Shown: piece by piece, positions 50,713 through 59,751 of the stretch
How the letters are laid out: every line of letters begins with the position of its first letter
Position numbering within the stretch: the first letter of the stretch is position 1
DNA from: a virus
Lineage: Duplodnaviria; Caudoviricetes
IMG/VR virus record: IMGVR_UViG_2597490289_000004
Coordinates: 34,317-98,316 of that record
Reading direction: 5' to 3' (one strand)
Length of the DNA stretch: 64,000 bases
Program-made: the position numbers and the translations under genes
Notes under the pieces: generated by a model
What the model was told of the DNA's origin: nothing
Seen by the model: only the letters and a program-made list of their open reading frames with translations
Databases searched by the model: none

Positions 50713-51923
50713 TGGCAGAAAAATTTTATAGCATACTAACCAATATAGGAAAAGCTAAAGTTGCTAATTCTATAGGGTTAGGTACTAAAATAAACTTTGC
50801 AAAAATGAAAATAGGAGATGGAGGAGGTAGCTATTACGAACCAACTGAAAGCCAAACAGACTTAAAACATACCGTTTGGGAAGGAAATATAAATCATGTT
50901 GAAGTTGATAAGGATAATCCTAATTGGATACACATAGAAATTATGATTCCAAGTACAGTTGGAGGATTTACTATAAGAGAATATGGAACATACGACAGTG
51001 ATGGAGACCTTATAGGAATATGCAAATGTGCTGAAACTTATAAACCTGTAATAGCAGATGGTTCTACTAAAGAATTATTACTGGATTTAATACTTTGTGT
51101 AGTAAATACAGATACGATTGAATTAAAGGTAGATCCAACAATTATTTTCGCTAAAAAAGGTGAAGTAGAGCAATTAAGAACAGATATAACAGCACAGTTG
51201 AAAGATATTGCGAACAAAGTAGATAATATAAAAATTGCAGATGGTACTACAACAACTAAGGGAATAGTTAAATTAAATAATGCTACTAATAGTACAAGTC
51301 AAACAGAAGCAGCTACACCATTAGCTGTAAAAACTGCTATGGATAAAGCAAATGAGGCTTTTCAGTATGCCAGTAATGGGAAAAGTCTTATTGCTGGCAA
51401 GGTAGGAAATGTTACAGGAAGTAATACACATACAGAGATAGCAAATAGAATACAAGTAGATAAAAATACAGCAGCAGCTAATTTAAATTCTAAGAATGTA
51501 AGTGCTAGTGGAAACGAAGCTTTGGCTAGTTTAGTTTCTAAAATAGGAAATATAAGTATAGCGGGAATGGGTGGGAAAAAATGTGTTGTTGGTAGTACAC
51601 CAGTTGTTTTTTCAGAAGGTAATCATTATTGGAGAACAGATATCACAATAACAGGATTTAATTTTATACCTACTCATATTTTTTCAGTTTTAATATCAAA
51701 TTTTGAATCAAATAGTAATATAGCGTTATCTATGTCTATTTTTTATAATAACTATTTTATTTTTAATAGAAATGGATCTTATTCAGGAGGAACTATTACA
51801 GGTAGCGTTATTGTGCCTAGTTCATCAAATTATGTGGAATATAATAGAGCTGTAATGCCATTTTATTTTCCAAAAGAATATAATGGCAATTATACACTTC
51901 AATGGCTTGTCGTTGGGGACTAA
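50712..51923 (+). CDS. Tail fibre protein
   Basis: SILTNIGKAK, GGFTIRE collar domain; KGIVKLN..AATPLAVK repeat. Confidence 0.85.
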   Translation: MAEKFYSILTNIGKAKVANSIGLGTKINFAKMKIGDGGGSYYEPTESQTDLKHTVWEGNINHVEVDKDNPNWIHIEIMIPSTVGGFTIREYGTYDSDGDLIGICKCAETYKPVIADGSTKELLLDLILCVVNTDTIELKVDPTIIFAKKGEVEQLRTDITAQLKDIANKVDNIKIADGTTTTKGIVKLNNATNSTSQTEAATPLAVKTAMDKANEAFQYASNGKSLIAGKVGNVTGSNTHTEIANRIQVDKNTAAANLNSKNVSASGNEALASLVSKIGNISIAGMGGKKCVVGSTPVVFSEGNHYWRTDITITGFNFIPTHIFSVLISNFESNSNIALSMSIFYNNYFIFNRNGSYSGGTITGSVIVPSSSNYVEYNRAVMPFYFPKEYNGNYTLQWLVVGD

Positions 51924-51939
51924 AAAAGGAGGAATTAAT

Positions 51940-52251
51940 ATGAAAACATTGATAATTTATGATAATGAAGGAAAAATATATTCACAAATGAGTGAGGGAT
52001 ATCCTATTCCCAAAAATGAAGTACAATTTTTAGAAATAGAGATCCCTGAAGGAAAAAGATTTAAAAAGATAGATACGTCTGTAATTCCACACAATATCAT
52101 TTTAGAAGATATACCAAAAAGCCAAATTGAATTATTACAAGAAGAATTAGCACAAAATACAAAAGAAATTGCTAAAAAGGATTTAGCTATAGAGCAACTA
52201 CAAAAAGATTTAGCAGATTTAACAAAACAAATAGCTTTAGGAGGTAAATAG
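51940..52251 (+). CDS. Tail fibre-associated protein
   Basis: MKTLIIYD..G; coiled-coil end. Confidence 0.7.
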   Translation: MKTLIIYDNEGKIYSQMSEGYPIPKNEVQFLEIEIPEGKRFKKIDTSVIPHNIILEDIPKSQIELLQEELAQNTKEIAKKDLAIEQLQKDLADLTKQIALGGK

Positions 52252-52254
52252 TAT

Positions 52255-52407
52255 ATGAATTGGTTTGAAAAAGTACAAAGATATTTTTGTTGGGGATGTT
52301 ACAATAATACAGACGTTTGGGATTTTGTAAGTTATAAGAAAATAACAACAGAACAATATACTGAAATAACTAAAGTAGAATATACAGAAGTAAGACCAGT
52401 AGTTTAA
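52255..52407 (+). CDS. XkdX-family protein
   Basis: MNWFEKVQRYF...FV..KKITTEQYTEIT; not in ORF track. Confidence 0.8.
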   Translation: MNWFEKVQRYFCWGCYNNTDVWDFVSYKKITTEQYTEITKVEYTEVRPVV

Positions 52408-52498
52408 TTCGCAATAGGATTATAGGATAAATTAAATAACAGGCAATAGATAGGACCATACAGGTCTTTTTTTATTGCTTGTAAACAGGAGGAAAACA

Positions 52499-52636
52499 AT
52501 GAATGAAGATCTACAAAAATTTATAATTAGTTGTATGGAACTTGGAAAAGAATTATTAGATAAAGAAAATTTAAGTTCTAAAGAAGAACAATTCCTTAAA
52601 AATTTAGATGTAATTACAGATAAATATTTTAATTAG
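52499..52636 (+). CDS. 45-aa hypothetical protein
   Basis: RBS AGGAGG; MNEDLQKFIISCMELGKELL...; flanked by hairpins. Confidence 0.6.
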   Translation: MNEDLQKFIISCMELGKELLDKENLSSKEEQFLKNLDVITDKYFN

Positions 52637-52730
52637 AGAACGTTAAGTTGTTCTCTTTTTATTGTTCTAAAAAGGATTTAATGTTAATATGTAGAATTTA
52701 ATATTATAAAATAAAAAGAAGGTGATATAA

Positions 52731-52802
52731 ATGAGTGGTGGAACATGGGGTCTAGAATCAGGTGGATCATGGGGCTTTGATTCAGGCAATAGTTGGGGCT
52801 AA
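52731..52802 (+). CDS. 23-aa repeat peptide MSGGTWGLESGGSWGFDSGNSWG
   Basis: RBS AAGGTGA, SigH-like promoter AAAGGATTT-N11-GTAGAAT, terminator 52808-52834. Confidence 0.7.
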   Translation: MSGGTWGLESGGSWGFDSGNSWG

Positions 52803-52860
52803 AAATTAAAGGCAGTTTTTAACTGTCTTTTTTTATTGCTTAAAAATAGGAAGGTGTTAT

Positions 52861-53085
52861 ATGAATGAAGTAGATACAATTCAAGAAATTAAAGAAAGAT
52901 TAGTTAGAATAGAGATTTTACTAGAAAAGAATACAGAAAATTGGGGCGAAAAAATTAATGTAGCTAACGACAGAATAAGAGATTTAGAAGATACTATCAA
53001 ATGGATAAGCCGTACTGCTATAGGTGGTTTGCTTACAGGTTTATTAGGGATATTATTTAGTTTAATAAAATTTGGAGGTATGTAA
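52861..53085 (+). CDS. XhlA-like lysis protein
   Basis: IKERLVRIE...KWISRTAIG plus C-terminal TM. Confidence 0.8.
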   Translation: MNEVDTIQEIKERLVRIEILLEKNTENWGEKINVANDRIRDLEDTIKWISRTAIGGLLTGLLGILFSLIKFGGM

Positions 53086-53086
53086 A

Positions 53087-53347
53087 ATGGATTTAACAAA
53101 TTTAATGGAATTTATACCAGGAGAATTAGCAATAGTTATTGTAGCAACTTATGTTATTGGAGTATTTCTTAAGAATATAGAGAGTGTTAAAGATAAATAT
53201 ATTACTGTAGCATTAATGATATTTGCAATAGTATTCTCTATGATTATAAGTGCCCCTAGTGCAACAAGTTTCTTACAAGGTGTATTATGTTGGGGAGTGG
53301 CTGTAGGGCTAAATCAAACAGGAAAACAATTAAATAAACAAGAGTAA
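53087..53347 (+). CDS. Holin
   Basis: Three hydrophobic segments, KDKYI, QGVL...NQTGKQ. Confidence 0.85.
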   Translation: MDLTNLMEFIPGELAIVIVATYVIGVFLKNIESVKDKYITVALMIFAIVFSMIISAPSATSFLQGVLCWGVAVGLNQTGKQLNKQE

Positions 53348-53408
53348 TTTTAGGTAGCACTTATAGCTACCTTTTTTCTTTTATATAAATAGAAGGAGGA
53401 ATGTATAA

Positions 53409-54215
53409 ATGTCTAATTGGAAATGGTGTGTAGAAGATTCTACAGGAAACATTACTAAAGGCTGGTATGAAGATAACTCAAAATGGTATTACTTAAAAGA
53501 TAATGGAACTATGGCTACTGGATGGATTGAGGATAAAGATGGCAGGTGGTACTACTTAAAAAATGATGGTTCTATGGCTACGGGTTGGTTAAAAAGTTCC
53601 TATAGTGGTAAGTGGTTTTATTTAAATCCTGTAAGTAATGGGTATATGGGTGCTATGTATACGGAAGGTACTTATACAATACAAGGAAAAGAATATAAAT
53701 TTGATAAAGAAGGAGCATGGATAGAAGAAAGTTCTTTAGTTAGTAACTCTTTAATAGAATTTATTAAAGGTTGGGAAGATTTTTTTGAATGTGCTTATTA
53801 TGATGGATATGGGAATACAGATACATATCTTACTATTGGCTATGGAACAACTAAGGCTGCTAATCAATCTGCGTTTCCCAAGGGTATCGAATCTACTTGT
53901 ACCAAAGAGCAAGCCACTCAATGGTTAAAAGAGGAAATAAATAAGTGTGCAAATAAAATTAAAAATGCTTTAGGTAGTACTCAAATACCACAAAACCGTT
54001 TTGATTGCATGGTTGATATAGCCTATAATGCAGGAGTAGGAAGTTTAATAGGTGGAAATACATGGAGAGCATTAATAGGTGGAAATAAGAGTGATATAGA
54101 AACATATTTAATGCAATGGAATAAATCTAATGGTAAATACAGTGAAGGGTTAAATAAAAGATGTAGAGCTAGAGTCAATATGGCTTTATATGATATATAT
54201 AATTCAGAACATTAA
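53409..54215 (+). CDS. Endolysin: choline-binding-type repeats plus GH24 lysozyme
   Basis: WYYL..NG.MATGW repeats; FIKGWE..AYYD..TIGYG, YNAG, GLNKR. Confidence 0.9.
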   Translation: MSNWKWCVEDSTGNITKGWYEDNSKWYYLKDNGTMATGWIEDKDGRWYYLKNDGSMATGWLKSSYSGKWFYLNPVSNGYMGAMYTEGTYTIQGKEYKFDKEGAWIEESSLVSNSLIEFIKGWEDFFECAYYDGYGNTDTYLTIGYGTTKAANQSAFPKGIESTCTKEQATQWLKEEINKCANKIKNALGSTQIPQNRFDCMVDIAYNAGVGSLIGGNTWRALIGGNKSDIETYLMQWNKSNGKYSEGLNKRCRARVNMALYDIYNSEH

Positions 54216-54475
54216 ATATGATATAATATGTATGGCTAAATTACACATAAAATTAGAAAACACTTTAAGGGTAGTAGATAAGAGAAATCTTATTTGCTAC
54301 CCTTTTTCTTTTTATAGAAAAATTGGACAAACTGTAGTATTATGTAAATATGACAAATAAAAAAGAACTCATGTGATTACTAATCTAATAATGAGTTCTT
54401 AGTTGTAATAGAGTTCAATTATCTTACCTCTATTATAGCATAAAATTAATGAGATAATAAACGGTAAATGGAGGA

Positions 54476-54979
54476 ATGATTATGAAACCTGATAATGGGG
54501 ATAATATTAATAAGTATATAAAAGAAACAATGAAAAAATATAAATCTGATAAAACTATTTTTGATAAAACTATGAATATATTAAACATATATATGCAACG
54601 AAAAGATTGGCCAATATGTTATAATGAATTTATAGATATAAGCAAAGATTTGCTTGGGGCTGATGTTGAAAACTTATTTCTAGATTTTGAAGTATTTAAA
54701 ATTTTAAAAAGCGTTAGCAATGAATATGAATTAGAATTAGAAGATTTTAAAAAAGATATTAGTTTATTTTTTAAAGTATTTTATTCAATTATGGATGAAT
54801 ATTATAGTTATAGAGATAACCCAATTGGCCTAAAAAAGATTATGAAGTTAAACATTGTAAATGATAAACAAACATTTAGGGTTATTAGAAATGATGGAGA
54901 ACACTTTGATTTATTAATATCAAAGGAAGAAATGAAAAAAATTATATCAACGCTAGATGAAATATCAAAGGAACAATAA
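54476..54979 (+). CDS. Hypothetical moron protein
   Basis: RBS GGAGG; after lysis terminator. Confidence 0.65.
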   Translation: MIMKPDNGDNINKYIKETMKKYKSDKTIFDKTMNILNIYMQRKDWPICYNEFIDISKDLLGADVENLFLDFEVFKILKSVSNEYELELEDFKKDISLFFKVFYSIMDEYYSYRDNPIGLKKIMKLNIVNDKQTFRVIRNDGEHFDLLISKEEMKKIISTLDEISKEQ

Positions 54980-54980
54980 T

Positions 54981-55469
54981 ATGAGTAGTAATCTTGTTGA
55001 TTTAATAAAATATAAGAATGATAATAAAGAAGTTTTCTATAAAATTAACAACCCTAATGAAGAAATAAACAATATATTAAAAAATAAAAGATTATCTGAA
55101 CCATTTGGTATTGATAAGGAGGTGGCAACAGATATGGACGAAAACAAAGGCTTTGAAAAAATTTTAGATAGAATGGATAAAGATAGAAGAGAACAAGAAC
55201 AAAGGCTATCTAAAAACATGCAATTAATGGAACAACGTATAACTGAAGAACGCCGACTTTCAGAAGAACGAATGGAAAAGAGTTTTAAAGAAGCAATGGA
55301 ATCTGTAAAAAGTACAAATAATAAAATAGGTAGTTTAGAAAATAAGTTAGATGAAAAAACAGAAAGAATGTTAGAAAAGGTAGACTCAACAAATAAATGG
55401 ATTATGGGAACTTGTATTGCTACTATTTTAGCAGTAGCAGCGATAGCAGCTTCGGTATGGTTTAAATAA
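54981..55469 (+). CDS. Coiled-coil protein with C-terminal TM anchor
   Basis: KWIMGTCIATILAVAAIAASVWFK; strong alternative start at 55134 (AAGGAGGTG). Confidence 0.65.
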   Translation: MSSNLVDLIKYKNDNKEVFYKINNPNEEINNILKNKRLSEPFGIDKEVATDMDENKGFEKILDRMDKDRREQEQRLSKNMQLMEQRITEERRLSEERMEKSFKEAMESVKSTNNKIGSLENKLDEKTERMLEKVDSTNKWIMGTCIATILAVAAIAASVWFK

Positions 55470-55703
55470 ACTAATATACTAATACTTTAAGAGCAGTATG
55501 TAGAGTAAGTTCTATGTACTACCCTTATTTTTTTGTCGAAAAATAAATCACGAAAAAGAGATGAATTTTATAAAAATCATTGATTAGACACACGCTAGAG
55601 TGTAGGATATAAAGTATAGTAAAGATAAAGAGTGGTTGAAAATGAAAACAAAATTAGATATAGCATAAGAGATAATTTTTGAAGGTCAAGGGGGATAAAT
55701 AAA

Positions 55704-55913
55704 GTGTGTAAAGAAAACATATGGGATAAGTTATTGAGTCTTAAGGAAGCAGCAGAGAAATATAATAGAGATACTAGCACATTAAAACGTGCTATTTCCA
55801 ATGGAACTTTGGTAGAAGGTATAGATTGTAAGAAGTTTGGTCGAGATTGGGTAATATTAATATCTAGTTTGGATCGTGTCTATATAGAGGAAAGAAAAAA
55901 TTTAAAAAAATAA
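55704..55913 (+). CDS. Small HTH regulator
   Basis: LSLKEAAEKY...KKFGRDWVI; flanked by matching operators. Confidence 0.8.
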   Translation: MCKENIWDKLLSLKEAAEKYNRDTSTLKRAISNGTLVEGIDCKKFGRDWVILISSLDRVYIEERKNLKK

Positions 55914-55923
55914 TAAAAAGCTA

Positions 55924-55952
55924 TTGACTATATACACTCTAGCGTGTATAAT
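55924..55952 (+). promoter_or_regulatory. Strong sigma-A promoter with operator
   Basis: TTGACT-17-TATAAT enclosing ACACTCTAGCGTGT, the reverse complement of the site at 55590-55603. Confidence 0.75.
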
Positions 55953-56100
55953 TAGATTGTAGTTAGGAGATAACTGCAAGAAGATATTTATACTAAATAA
56001 TTTTAAAGCGCCCTTCTAAATTAAATTCAATTTACAACATATTACTAATAATGTATTATTAATAGTAATTTAAAAATAAATATAAAAGGAGAGAAAAATT

Positions 56101-56439
56101 ATGAATATAGCATATATAAGAGGTAATTCAAAACAATCAATAGAGGGTCAACAAATTTTATTAGGAAAACATAAAATAGATGAATATTTCGAAGATCATG
56201 GCACAAACATACAAATAAAAAAGATGCTTTCTAAACTTAAAGAAAATGATACACTATACATTACTAGTGTAGATAGACTAAGTAGAGATATAAAAGAAGC
56301 AATTGAAATACTAAAAGAAATAGAAAATAAAAAAGCAAAATTAAAAGTTTTAAATTTAAATGAAGATATGGATATAGATAAAATTAAAGCGTTAATTAGC
56401 ATGGCTGACGCAGGAAATGAAATTCTTAATAAAGAATAA
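56101..56439 (+). CDS. Short degenerate resolvase-like protein
   Basis: IAYIRGNS (altered YxRxS), SVDRLSRD; no DNA-binding domain. Confidence 0.65.
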   Translation: MNIAYIRGNSKQSIEGQQILLGKHKIDEYFEDHGTNIQIKKMLSKLKENDTLYITSVDRLSRDIKEAIEILKEIENKKAKLKVLNLNEDMDIDKIKALISMADAGNEILNKE

Positions 56440-56488
56440 AAAGCTAAAGCAGTAGGTAAAGAAATTAATCTTACTTACTGCTTTATTT

Positions 56489-57229
56489 CTATTGTACTTC
56501 ACAATTATCTAAACACACATCTGCAACGCTTTTTCCACGTATTTTCCCTTTAATAGTAATAGTATTTCCTTTTTTCAAATTAGCTATTTGTTCTGATTGA
56601 TTATTATTACTAAAGTAACAATTAACACCAAGTATTGAACCTTCTTTACCATCACTCAAAGAAATGCAAGGTTTTCCTGAAGTTACACTGATTTTTCGTA
56701 TTTTACCTGTAACTATTCCAATCTTTCCACTATATAAATTATCAGCATTAACTTCATTAGCATCATAAGATTTATATAATTCTTTAGCAGTAATTTTAAT
56801 TTCAACATCAGTTTTTTGAGCAACTTGTTGTACTGTATTATTTTTAACAAATGTATTTATGTGATTTTTAAAATCTGTATAAGTATCATTTTCAATTATT
56901 TCAACATTGCTTATCGGATCTTCATTATTTCCATCTTTTCTTTTAAAGTCTAAATTTACATTAGATTCATTTTGGGTTTTCCCTAATAGAGTTCCTGAAA
57001 CTTTAATTGTATCTCCTATTGTAGATATATCATAATCGTCATATTTCCAAGAATCAGAATCATTGATGCTTGTACTTATTTCATTTACCCATGCACAAAT
57101 AGCATAGCTTTCATAGTTTTCTTTAATTCTTTGCTTATTTGAAAAAAATAATCCACTTCCAATAATTATTGTGGCAAGGATAAGAGTAATTATTAAGTCT
57201 AATTTTTTATTATATTTTATGTTTTTCAT
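56489..57229 (-). CDS. Membrane-anchored protein with OB-fold (tRNA_anti-like) domain
   Basis: N-terminal TM; ITAKELYKSYDANEVNADNLY, LKKGNTITIKG. Confidence 0.7.
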   Translation of the reverse strand: MKNIKYNKKLDLIITLILATIIIGSGLFFSNKQRIKENYESYAICAWVNEISTSINDSDSWKYDDYDISTIGDTIKVSGTLLGKTQNESNVNLDFKRKDGNNEDPISNVEIIENDTYTDFKNHINTFVKNNTVQQVAQKTDVEIKITAKELYKSYDANEVNADNLYSGKIGIVTGKIRKISVTSGKPCISLSDGKEGSILGVNCYFSNNNQSEQIANLKKGNTITIKGKIRGKSVADVCLDNCEVQ

Positions 57230-57359
57230 AGTCTATCTCCTTGTAAATATATTATATTAATTATTTCATTTAAGTATATTTATGTCAATTATAACTAATA
57301 TTATCACCTCATAGAAATTGTTAACATTATATGGTAAAATTATTCTTAGAGGTGGTGAC

Positions 57360-57560
57360 ATGGGGGTTAAAAATAAATTATTAGAAATAAGGTTAAGCTT
57401 AGGATATAAAAATTCTAAAGACTTTGCTGACTTTTTAGGGATAAATAAAAGTATGTATAGCTTAATAGAAAATAATAAAAGGGTAGTTAATTTAGAAAAT
57501 GCATTTACAATAGCTGAAAAACTTAATATGAATATAGAGGATATTTGGTATAAAGAGTAA
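57360..57560 (+). CDS. Xre-family HTH regulator
   Basis: MGVKNKLLEIR; RBS GAGGTGG. Confidence 0.85.
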   Translation: MGVKNKLLEIRLSLGYKNSKDFADFLGINKSMYSLIENNKRVVNLENAFTIAEKLNMNIEDIWYKE

Positions 57561-57694
57561 TACTAAATATCCTCTTTTTTTATTTATATGAGAATAAAAT
57601 TTATACTTATGGAAATTTTTTTTATTAAAGTGGAAACTTTTATAAAAAGTGTGCATACATATATAACAAAGGACGAAGAAAAGGAGAAAAAATT

Positions 57695-58567
57695 ATGATT
57701 TTAGGTGTAGATATTGGTACCTATAGTGTAAAGACTTCTAACAAAGTTACATTTTTTAGTAAACTCACACAAGAAGAAAGCTTTACTGAAATAAATAAGA
57801 TTAATATAAATGGATCTAGTTATAACATAGGAGAAGGAGAATTCAGTACAGATTGGGATAAGAGTAGAAAAGAAAATACATTAATACTTCTATACTCAGC
57901 TATTTACAAGGGTGCTGAAGATAATATAAACCAAATTGTATTAGGATTGCCAGTACAACAATATAAGAAAAATAAAAATAATTTAATAGAACTTATAGAA
58001 AATAATAAATGTGCAAAAGTAGAAAATAGAAATTTAATTATTACAGATGTTACTGTAGCTCCAGAAGGTGCAAGTAGTTATTATTCTATAGACAGTAGTT
58101 TAAGAGAAGAAATAGGAAATAAGCAACTAATAATAATAGATATAGGAGGTAGGACTACAGATATTATAGTATTTCAAAACAAAGTTATAATTGATGTTAA
58201 AACTATTCCTATAGGTATGTTAAATATATACCAGGAGATTATAGACACAGTTAATACCCAACATACAGAAAGTTTACTTTTAGAGGATGGAGAAACTATA
58301 TTAAAAGATGGTTTATTTCTTAAAGGTAAGCAGCAAGATATTAACTTTGTACAACCTATTTTAAAAAGAAATTTTAATAGTGTATTTAAAGAAATACAAC
58401 TTAAATATAACACTAATAAAGGATATGTGTATTTAACAGGAGGAGGAAGTATATTGCTTAAGTTACCATTTAAAAATAGATTAAGTAATTTACTAATTTC
58501 TAATAATCCTATCTTTGATAATGCAATTGGTTTTGGAAAGGTTGGTGAATCATTGTGGCTAGAATAA
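57695..58567 (+). CDS. ParM/StbA actin-like ATPase
   Basis: GVDIGTYSVK, VAPEG, IDIGGRTTD, LTGGG. Confidence 0.9.
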   Translation: MILGVDIGTYSVKTSNKVTFFSKLTQEESFTEINKININGSSYNIGEGEFSTDWDKSRKENTLILLYSAIYKGAEDNINQIVLGLPVQQYKKNKNNLIELIENNKCAKVENRNLIITDVTVAPEGASSYYSIDSSLREEIGNKQLIIIDIGGRTTDIIVFQNKVIIDVKTIPIGMLNIYQEIIDTVNTQHTESLLLEDGETILKDGLFLKGKQQDINFVQPILKRNFNSVFKEIQLKYNTNKGYVYLTGGGSILLKLPFKNRLSNLLISNNPIFDNAIGFGKVGESLWLE

Positions 58568-58758
58568 CTGTAAGCTTTAAGAATACAGAAAAAGATACGG
58601 AATTACATGGTTATTGGGATAGTATGGAGGACAAATCTGTTGAAATAAAAAAGGTGTTAAGAAAAGAAATGGAAAGAAGAGAAAGTCTTGAAAATAAAAA
58701 AGATGAACAAAAGTTAACTAAAAAAGAAGAGAAAGTTAATAATATATTAGATTTTTAG
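58555..58758 (+). CDS. ParR-like adaptor
   Basis: RITVSFKNTE; overlaps parM end. Confidence 0.6.
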   Translation: MARITVSFKNTEKDTELHGYWDSMEDKSVEIKKVLRKEMERRESLENKKDEQKLTKKEEKVNNILDF

Positions 58759-58761
58759 TAT

Positions 58762-58838
58762 AAAAAAAGCCTACCTAATGAATAGGTAAACTTAGGCTAA
58801 GTAGCTATCAGCTCGGCTTACATGCGTTTCGCTTACGC
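58762..58838 (-). ncRNA. Candidate small RNA convergent on parMR
   Basis: Minus-strand GTCATC-N16-CATATGCTA promoter (58842-58872); conserved terminal hairpin plus U-tract. Confidence 0.4.
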
Positions 58839-58916
58839 TAATAGCATATGCAAACAACTTTGAAAAGATGACTAGTTTTAAGCGTAAATAATAAGTTTTA
58901 ATAAAATATTAAGAAT

Positions 58917-58985
58917 TTATAAGAAATTTGAAATAGCTAAGGCTAAACCATATGCAAAAATAGATCCCCAAACAAAAGTATACAT
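58917..58985 (-). CDS. 22-aa hydrophobic peptide MYTFVWGSIFAYGLALAISNFL
   Basis: RBS GGAGGTG; upstream GTATA-N15-GTTAATACTA. Confidence 0.6.
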   Translation of the reverse strand: MYTFVWGSIFAYGLALAISNFL

Positions 58986-59058
58986 AGTAAGACACCTCCG
59001 ATTAATTATTACTAATAGTATTAACTTAAATAATTAATTTTATACATGGAGGTATTAA

Positions 59059-59496
59059 ATGAGTAAAGAAATTACAATGACTTTTAATCAATTCTTTGAA
59101 ATGGAAAGAGGAATTTTATCATTAGATGAAATAGTACAAGCTAATAATTTAGAAACTATAGCTGGAGAGATATTGAAGAATAATAGATTAAGAAAATGTG
59201 CAGTTACTTTTATAGCATTAGTAAATAGTGCATTGCCAGTTTTTGCAGAGGAACCTGATGCAACTATAGCTGTAGCAAATATTCATAGAGCTACAAATAC
59301 TCTGCTTAATGTATTACAAGAAGGGATCTATTCTTTATGCATATTAGGCTGTGTAATGGAAATTGGTAAAGCAATAGTTGGAAGAAGAAAAGAATCTATT
59401 CCAAATATAATATTTAAATACATTTTAGCTTTTGGAGCTATATATTTCTTACCTTGGATATTTGATTTAATAAAATTAATATTTTCAAATAAATAA
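59059..59496 (+). CDS. Membrane protein, VirB2/TrbC pilin-like architecture
   Basis: Signal-like segment ending PVFA-E, two hydrophobic helices. Confidence 0.55.
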   Translation: MSKEITMTFNQFFEMERGILSLDEIVQANNLETIAGEILKNNRLRKCAVTFIALVNSALPVFAEEPDATIAVANIHRATNTLLNVLQEGIYSLCILGCVMEIGKAIVGRRKESIPNIIFKYILAFGAIYFLPWIFDLIKLIFSNK

Positions 59497-59508
59497 GGAG
59501 GAAAGTAT

Positions 59509-59751
59509 ATGTTAGAAAATATTAAACAATCAGTATCAGAAGCAATTCAAGAATCGTTTGGCAGTATGTTTCACAATTTGTTTAATTGGCTTGCTAGGGG
59601 TGTAATAGATAATTCCTATGAAATATGTTTAACTGTAGCTATTATTTCACTAATTTTATATATAGCTGGAAAAAGAAAGTCTGGGAAATATGTAACTATA
59701 TCACTAGCAGTATATTTTATATTACAAAGTTTAAGAGGTTTTGTAGTATGA
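59509..59751 (+). CDS. Small two-TM membrane protein
   Basis: RBS AAGGAGG; ATGA overlap with ATPase. Confidence 0.7.
   Translation: MLENIKQSVSEAIQESFGSMFHNLFNWLARGVIDNSYEICLTVAIISLILYIAGKRKSGKYVTISLAVYFILQSLRGFVV

Noticed and set aside
52731-52802. Arbitrium AimP or Argonaute-hook assignment for the WG peptide
   Set aside because: No signal peptide and no RRNPP receptor in the window; WG similarity to eukaryotic Ago hooks alone is not evidence
59625-59747. N-terminal 41 aa of the 816-aa ORF
   Set aside because: Overlaps the 59509 gene; ATGA coupling and homology with the 6531 fragment support a start at 59748
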